This document shows, piece after piece, positions 60,670 through 64,000 of a stretch of DNA of 64,000 nt. Position 1 is the stretch's first letter. Each line of letters starts with the position of its first letter. The DNA is from Spirochaetia bacterium (GTDB lineage: Bacteria > Spirochaetota > Spirochaetia > SZUA-6 > Bin103), in NCBI GenBank assembly GCA_965208575.1, contig CBDBOV010000003.1, positions 576,001 through 640,000 on the forward strand, given 5' to 3'. The translations under genes and the position numbers were made by a program. The notes below the pieces were generated by a model. That model was not told the DNA's origin and ran no database searches. It saw nothing but the letters and a program-made list of their open reading frames with translations.

Positions 60670-61067
60670 CGGCTCGTCTTCAAACCGGATGGCGCGGGTC
60701 ACCGCCGACGCAACTCGTCTTCGGCTCGCCGTCTCACCCAGGCGCCATGCTGGAGAGCCGCTCCGCCTCATCCCGCACAACGCGCCAGTCGAACGCGCTC
60801 CGGATCAGCCGGCTGCGCGCAATGGCGCCGGCAAGCATGGCCCTCGACCGACTTGCCGCGTTGGGTGCCGCTGGGAACTTCGGCGGAGAGTTTGGTACTG
60901 GCGGGGTTGGATACGGTGGAACAACCGTAACTCAGCCGCGGCGGCCGCTACTCCGCTTCCGGTACTCTCAGCGCCCGCAACGCAGGCGTTCGAACAGAGT
61001 CAACTCCGCAGGCGCGCGGCGCCTGACTCACGGGGCTTACGCCGCGCGCGCGTGCGGTTCCTTGCGT

Positions 61068-61266
61068 ACCACTTTGCACCTCCTGTACGCCAGGAATACC
61101 GGGTTGTTGTGGATATGATGACGTGATTGACCAGTGGAAGGGGGATCCAGGACCGTGGCGGGCGGGGCGGTGACCAGTGGCTGCGCGGATACGGGTCGTC
61201 ATGCATCATGCGCATCGGTCGCGATCCCAAGGGGTTCACCGTAGCCGACTCTGCAACGGCCGTCAA
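61068..61266 (-). pseudogene. Possible decayed copy of the dehydrogenase 3' end
   Basis: With frameshifts reads LTAV..VGY...WDR..MRMM...AQPLV/PLVNH...VFLA.QE versus LRVVGSFGY....WERSLQLM...ARPLVSH...AFDALQD. Confidence 0.5.
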
Positions 61267-61300
61267 GCGCGTGTCGTCAGTCCCGTCAGTCCCGTCGCGA

Positions 61301-62341
61301 TCACCGGTCCGGATAGAGGAGTATCTTTATGCCCTGCCGATCCTGCAACGCGTCGAATGCCTGCTGCCACTGGGACATCGGCATGGTGTGGGATACCAGC
61401 GGGCGCGCATCGACCTTGCCGGTGCTCATCAACTGCAGGCTCCGTTCCCAGTCGCGATGGCGGTAGCCGAAACTCCCCACCACCCTCAGTTCCTTGTAGG
61501 CAATCTGCATGAAGTCGATCTCGTAGCGGTGCATGGAGGTGCCGAGCTGGATGAACTGCGCCCCGCGGCGTCCGTAGTCGAACAGCCGATTGACCGATGA
61601 CCCGTGGCCCGAGCACTCGATCAGCACGTCCGCACCACCACCGGCGGTAAGGTCCAGGAGGTGGGGGAGGGGATCCTCCCGCTCCACGTTGTACACCTCG
61701 TCGACGCCAAGCTGCCGCGCAACCTCGAGTTTGGCCTCGTCGCCGTCGACGCCGCAAACCACCACGTAGCCACCTTCGGCTTTGGCGATCTGCGCGGCCA
61801 GCAGGCCGATCGGCCCCGGGCCGGAAACGACCACCAGGTCGGTGGTGTGAATCTCGCCATGCGAGAGGATGCCCCTGGTGCACACGGCGAGCGGCTCGGT
61901 CATGGCAGCCGATTGCAGGTCGACTCCGGGCGGCAGCCGAAGTACCGCGTCCTCCTCGTATACCCCAAAGCGCGTCATGCCGCCATAGGTGGCGATGCCC
62001 CAGGGCGTCTCGAACCCACGACGTTTGCCTTGCGGCCAGTCCCAGCCATGCCGCTGATGGAGGGTGACACGCGCGTCCAGGGGTGCCACCACGATCTCGT
62101 CGCCGGGCTGCACGCGCGTGACCTGTTCGCCCACTTCGGCCGCGACTGCGCTGAACTCGTGGCCGAGTACCATGGGAGGACGGTAATATGCGTGATCGTC
62201 GCTGACGATCTTCCGGTCGGTGGCGCAGATACCGCAGAACTTGATCTCTGCCTTGATCTGTCTCGGCCCGGGTTCCGGTACCGGAATCTCGACCAGCTCG
62301 GTGTTGCCGCGTCCTCGACGGGTCTTGACCACCGCCTGCAT
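61301..62341 (-). CDS. Zn-dependent (MDR) alcohol/polyol dehydrogenase
   Basis: CGICATD, LGHEF, TEPLA and GPGPIG motifs; lacks the 4-Cys structural-Zn loop. Confidence 0.88.
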   Translation of the reverse strand: MQAVVKTRRGRGNTELVEIPVPEPGPRQIKAEIKFCGICATDRKIVSDDHAYYRPPMVLGHEFSAVAAEVGEQVTRVQPGDEIVVAPLDARVTLHQRHGWDWPQGKRRGFETPWGIATYGGMTRFGVYEEDAVLRLPPGVDLQSAAMTEPLAVCTRGILSHGEIHTTDLVVVSGPGPIGLLAAQIAKAEGGYVVVCGVDGDEAKLEVARQLGVDEVYNVEREDPLPHLLDLTAGGGADVLIECSGHGSSVNRLFDYGRRGAQFIQLGTSMHRYEIDFMQIAYKELRVVGSFGYRHRDWERSLQLMSTGKVDARPLVSHTMPMSQWQQAFDALQDRQGIKILLYPDR

Positions 62342-62402
62342 GGAACTCTCAGTGCTTGCCACAGGTTCGACTATATCATGACCACCGGCATGAGCGACCA
62401 CG

Positions 62403-62597
62403 TCACCGGCCCAGCAACGCGGGACCGCCGCCCACCAGGATCGGCAATTGCAGGTCCACCAGGGTAACCACCGGGATGATGGCGTTCTTGACCGCGTGGC
62501 GCAGCACGACCGCCTTCTCCTTCAGGCCCTTGGACCAGGCGGTGCGGACATAGTCCTGCCGCAGCACCTCCAGCATCATGGTGCGCGTCATGCGCAT
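62403..62597 (-). pseudogene. Internal fragment of a DppB/OppB peptide ABC permease
   Basis: MRMTRTMMLEVLRQDYVRTAWSKGL...RHAVKNAIIPVVT covers the EAA loop only. Confidence 0.85.
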
Positions 62598-62680
62598 GGT
62601 GTCGCTCTTGCTGCGCGCCCGGTGACTGTATACGGTTGGCTGTTCTTGGCTAGTCAACGAACTAAGTCTATTCTGCCCTG

Positions 62681-62880
62681 GTGACTACGGTGAACATACA
62701 CGAGGCAAAGACGCATCTCTCCCGGCTGCTGAAGCGGGTAGCCGTTGGCGAGCAGATCGTCATCGCCAGGGCCGGCACGCCGATTGCCCGGCTCACTCCG
62801 TACAAGGAACAGGGCCGGCAACGTGTCGCCGGACGAGAATCGTGGAGTGAATGTCACGTCATCGTACATCGACATCCAAG
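62681..62880 (+). pseudogene. Phd/YefM antitoxin with decayed tail; cognate toxin lost
   Basis: VNIHEAKTHLSRLL..V..GEQIVIARAGTPIARL, after which the ORF runs on into non-homologous sequence to 63013. Confidence 0.75.
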
Positions 62881-63043
62881 CTCGGTTTCGAGGGACCTCC
62901 GCGGGTTGACGGTTCGACTCCCGGTCCACCTGCGCGCCTCGGCCGCCTCCGCGGCTTGGAATTGCTGGTACCCGGGAAGGCTGCCGGCGGCGGGTGGCCG
63001 GCACTGGTCATAATTTCCGCCTGGTCGTATTATATGACTACTT

Positions 63044-63274
63044 ATGAACACGCGGACGATCGGCGCAGCGAAATTCAAGGAGCAGTGTCTGGCGCTTCTC
63101 GACGACCTCCCCAGTGACGGCCTGATCGTTACCAAACACGGCAAGCCGGTGGCCCGGGTTGTGCGCTATCCAGTGCAACCGCGCCAGCTGATCGGCGCGT
63201 TACGAGGGAAGCTAGCCGTACGCGGTGACATCCTCACCACGGGAGTGACGTGGGATGCCGCTGCTGAATCTTGA
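63044..63274 (+). CDS. Phd/YefM-family antitoxin
   Basis: IGAAKFKEQCLALLD...IVTKHGKPVARV. Confidence 0.88.
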   Translation: MNTRTIGAAKFKEQCLALLDDLPSDGLIVTKHGKPVARVVRYPVQPRQLIGALRGKLAVRGDILTTGVTWDAAAES

Positions 63275-63629
63275 TACGCACATTCTCGTGCACGCCCTCA
63301 CCGGCGACCTGAGACCTACGGAGGAGTCGATGCTGATCAAGCACGGCTGGGGAGTGGCGGCTATCGTCTTCTGGGAGCTGGCGAAGTTGTCGCAGCTTGG
63401 CCGGATCGACGTCGATCTCGGCGACGCCGAGGTCCAGAGTGTGCTGGCCAGCCTGCACATTTGGCCGCTCGACCTCGCCGTAGCCCGGGCCTCGATCGAC
63501 CTGGACTTTCGCGGCGACCCGGCGGACGAACTGATCGCGGCGACCAGCGTGGTGCACAACATCCCCCTGCTGACTCGAGACCGGCAGATGCTGAAGTCGA
63601 CGCGGGTACCGCTGGCGCGCGTGACCTGA
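63255..63629 (+). CDS. PIN-domain (VapC-like) toxin
   Basis: LDTH, WE, DPADELIAAT and LLTRD motifs; overlaps the antitoxin. Confidence 0.9.
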   Translation: MPLLNLDTHILVHALTGDLRPTEESMLIKHGWGVAAIVFWELAKLSQLGRIDVDLGDAEVQSVLASLHIWPLDLAVARASIDLDFRGDPADELIAATSVVHNIPLLTRDRQMLKSTRVPLARVT

Positions 63630-63685
63630 TCTTATATGATGTGACCCCCCGCGCCCTGCTCTACCTGATCACGCCCCGGCGTGCT

Positions 63686-64000
63686 CTACTTCGTCATTTC
63701 CAGGTCTCGACCGCCAGGCCCGGGGTCACGATCCCCCCGTCGGGAGACTCCTGAGCAAACACGGCGCTCGCCATCACGAACGCCACGAGGAACCGGGCTG
63801 CCCCGAAGATGCCAAGGCTTAGCCGGCGAGATTGGCGCGGGTTCATATTCACGAGCGCGGAAGGTAGATGGCAGCGGGAGGTTAGTCAATTCGTGCTCGG
63901 GCTTGATAGCCGTCCCTGCCGTTAGTATTTTGTACGTATGAAGCGCAAGCTTGTACGCGTCGGAAACAGCCTTGCCGTCACCCTGCCGCACGATCTGGTC
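63686..64000 (-). CDS. 3' part of an unidentified gene entering from beyond the window
   Basis: Open frame to the window edge, lower GC, no recognisable motif. Confidence 0.35.
   Translation of the reverse strand, partial: DQIVRQGDGKAVSDAYKLALHTYKILTAGTAIKPEHELTNLPLPSTFRAREYEPAPISPAKPWHLRGSPVPRGVRDGERRVCSGVSRRGDRDPGPGGRDLEMTK

Noticed and set aside
60670-60800. Echo of the ASPIC-domain 3' end (also faint candidates at 36560-36624 and 39304-39419)
   Set aside because: Only short, scattered matches, indistinguishable from chance by eye.
60880-60980. Possible structured ncRNA (tacggt-ggaaca-accgta hairpin)
   Set aside because: A single short hairpin in GC-rich DNA; no recognisable RNA family.

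Overview
High-GC bacterial chromosomal window. About 1.4-39 kb is a purine salvage/catabolism supercluster: xdhCAB, 5'-nucleotidase, uraH, uricase, adenine and guanine deaminases, uraD and three ABC importers. It is interrupted by a ~10 kb lower-GC defence island (type III R-M with a frameshifted mod, HEPN/MNT toxin-antitoxin, DUF4365-TPR, caspase/CHAT-like and ART-like ORFs) and by znuABC. The rest holds a troABCD-type metal transporter with both permeases fused to DtxR-like domains, a YknWXYZ/MacAB-type exporter, a desaturase, an unusual permease/FG-GAP/ASPIC fusion, a Zn-dependent dehydrogenase and toxin-antitoxin remnants. The most striking signal is not in the ORF track: many core genes are flanked by a diverged, decaying copy of their own 3' end (downstream) or 5' end (upstream). 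These range from a 386-bp ~94% copy of xdhB to barely recognisable echoes, and most accessory cassettes sit between a gene end and its echo. I see no integrase or transposase. This suggests repeated integrase-independent capture of 'gene end + cargo' DNA from relatives. All alignments and counts were made by eye, and the weaker echoes need computational confirmation.
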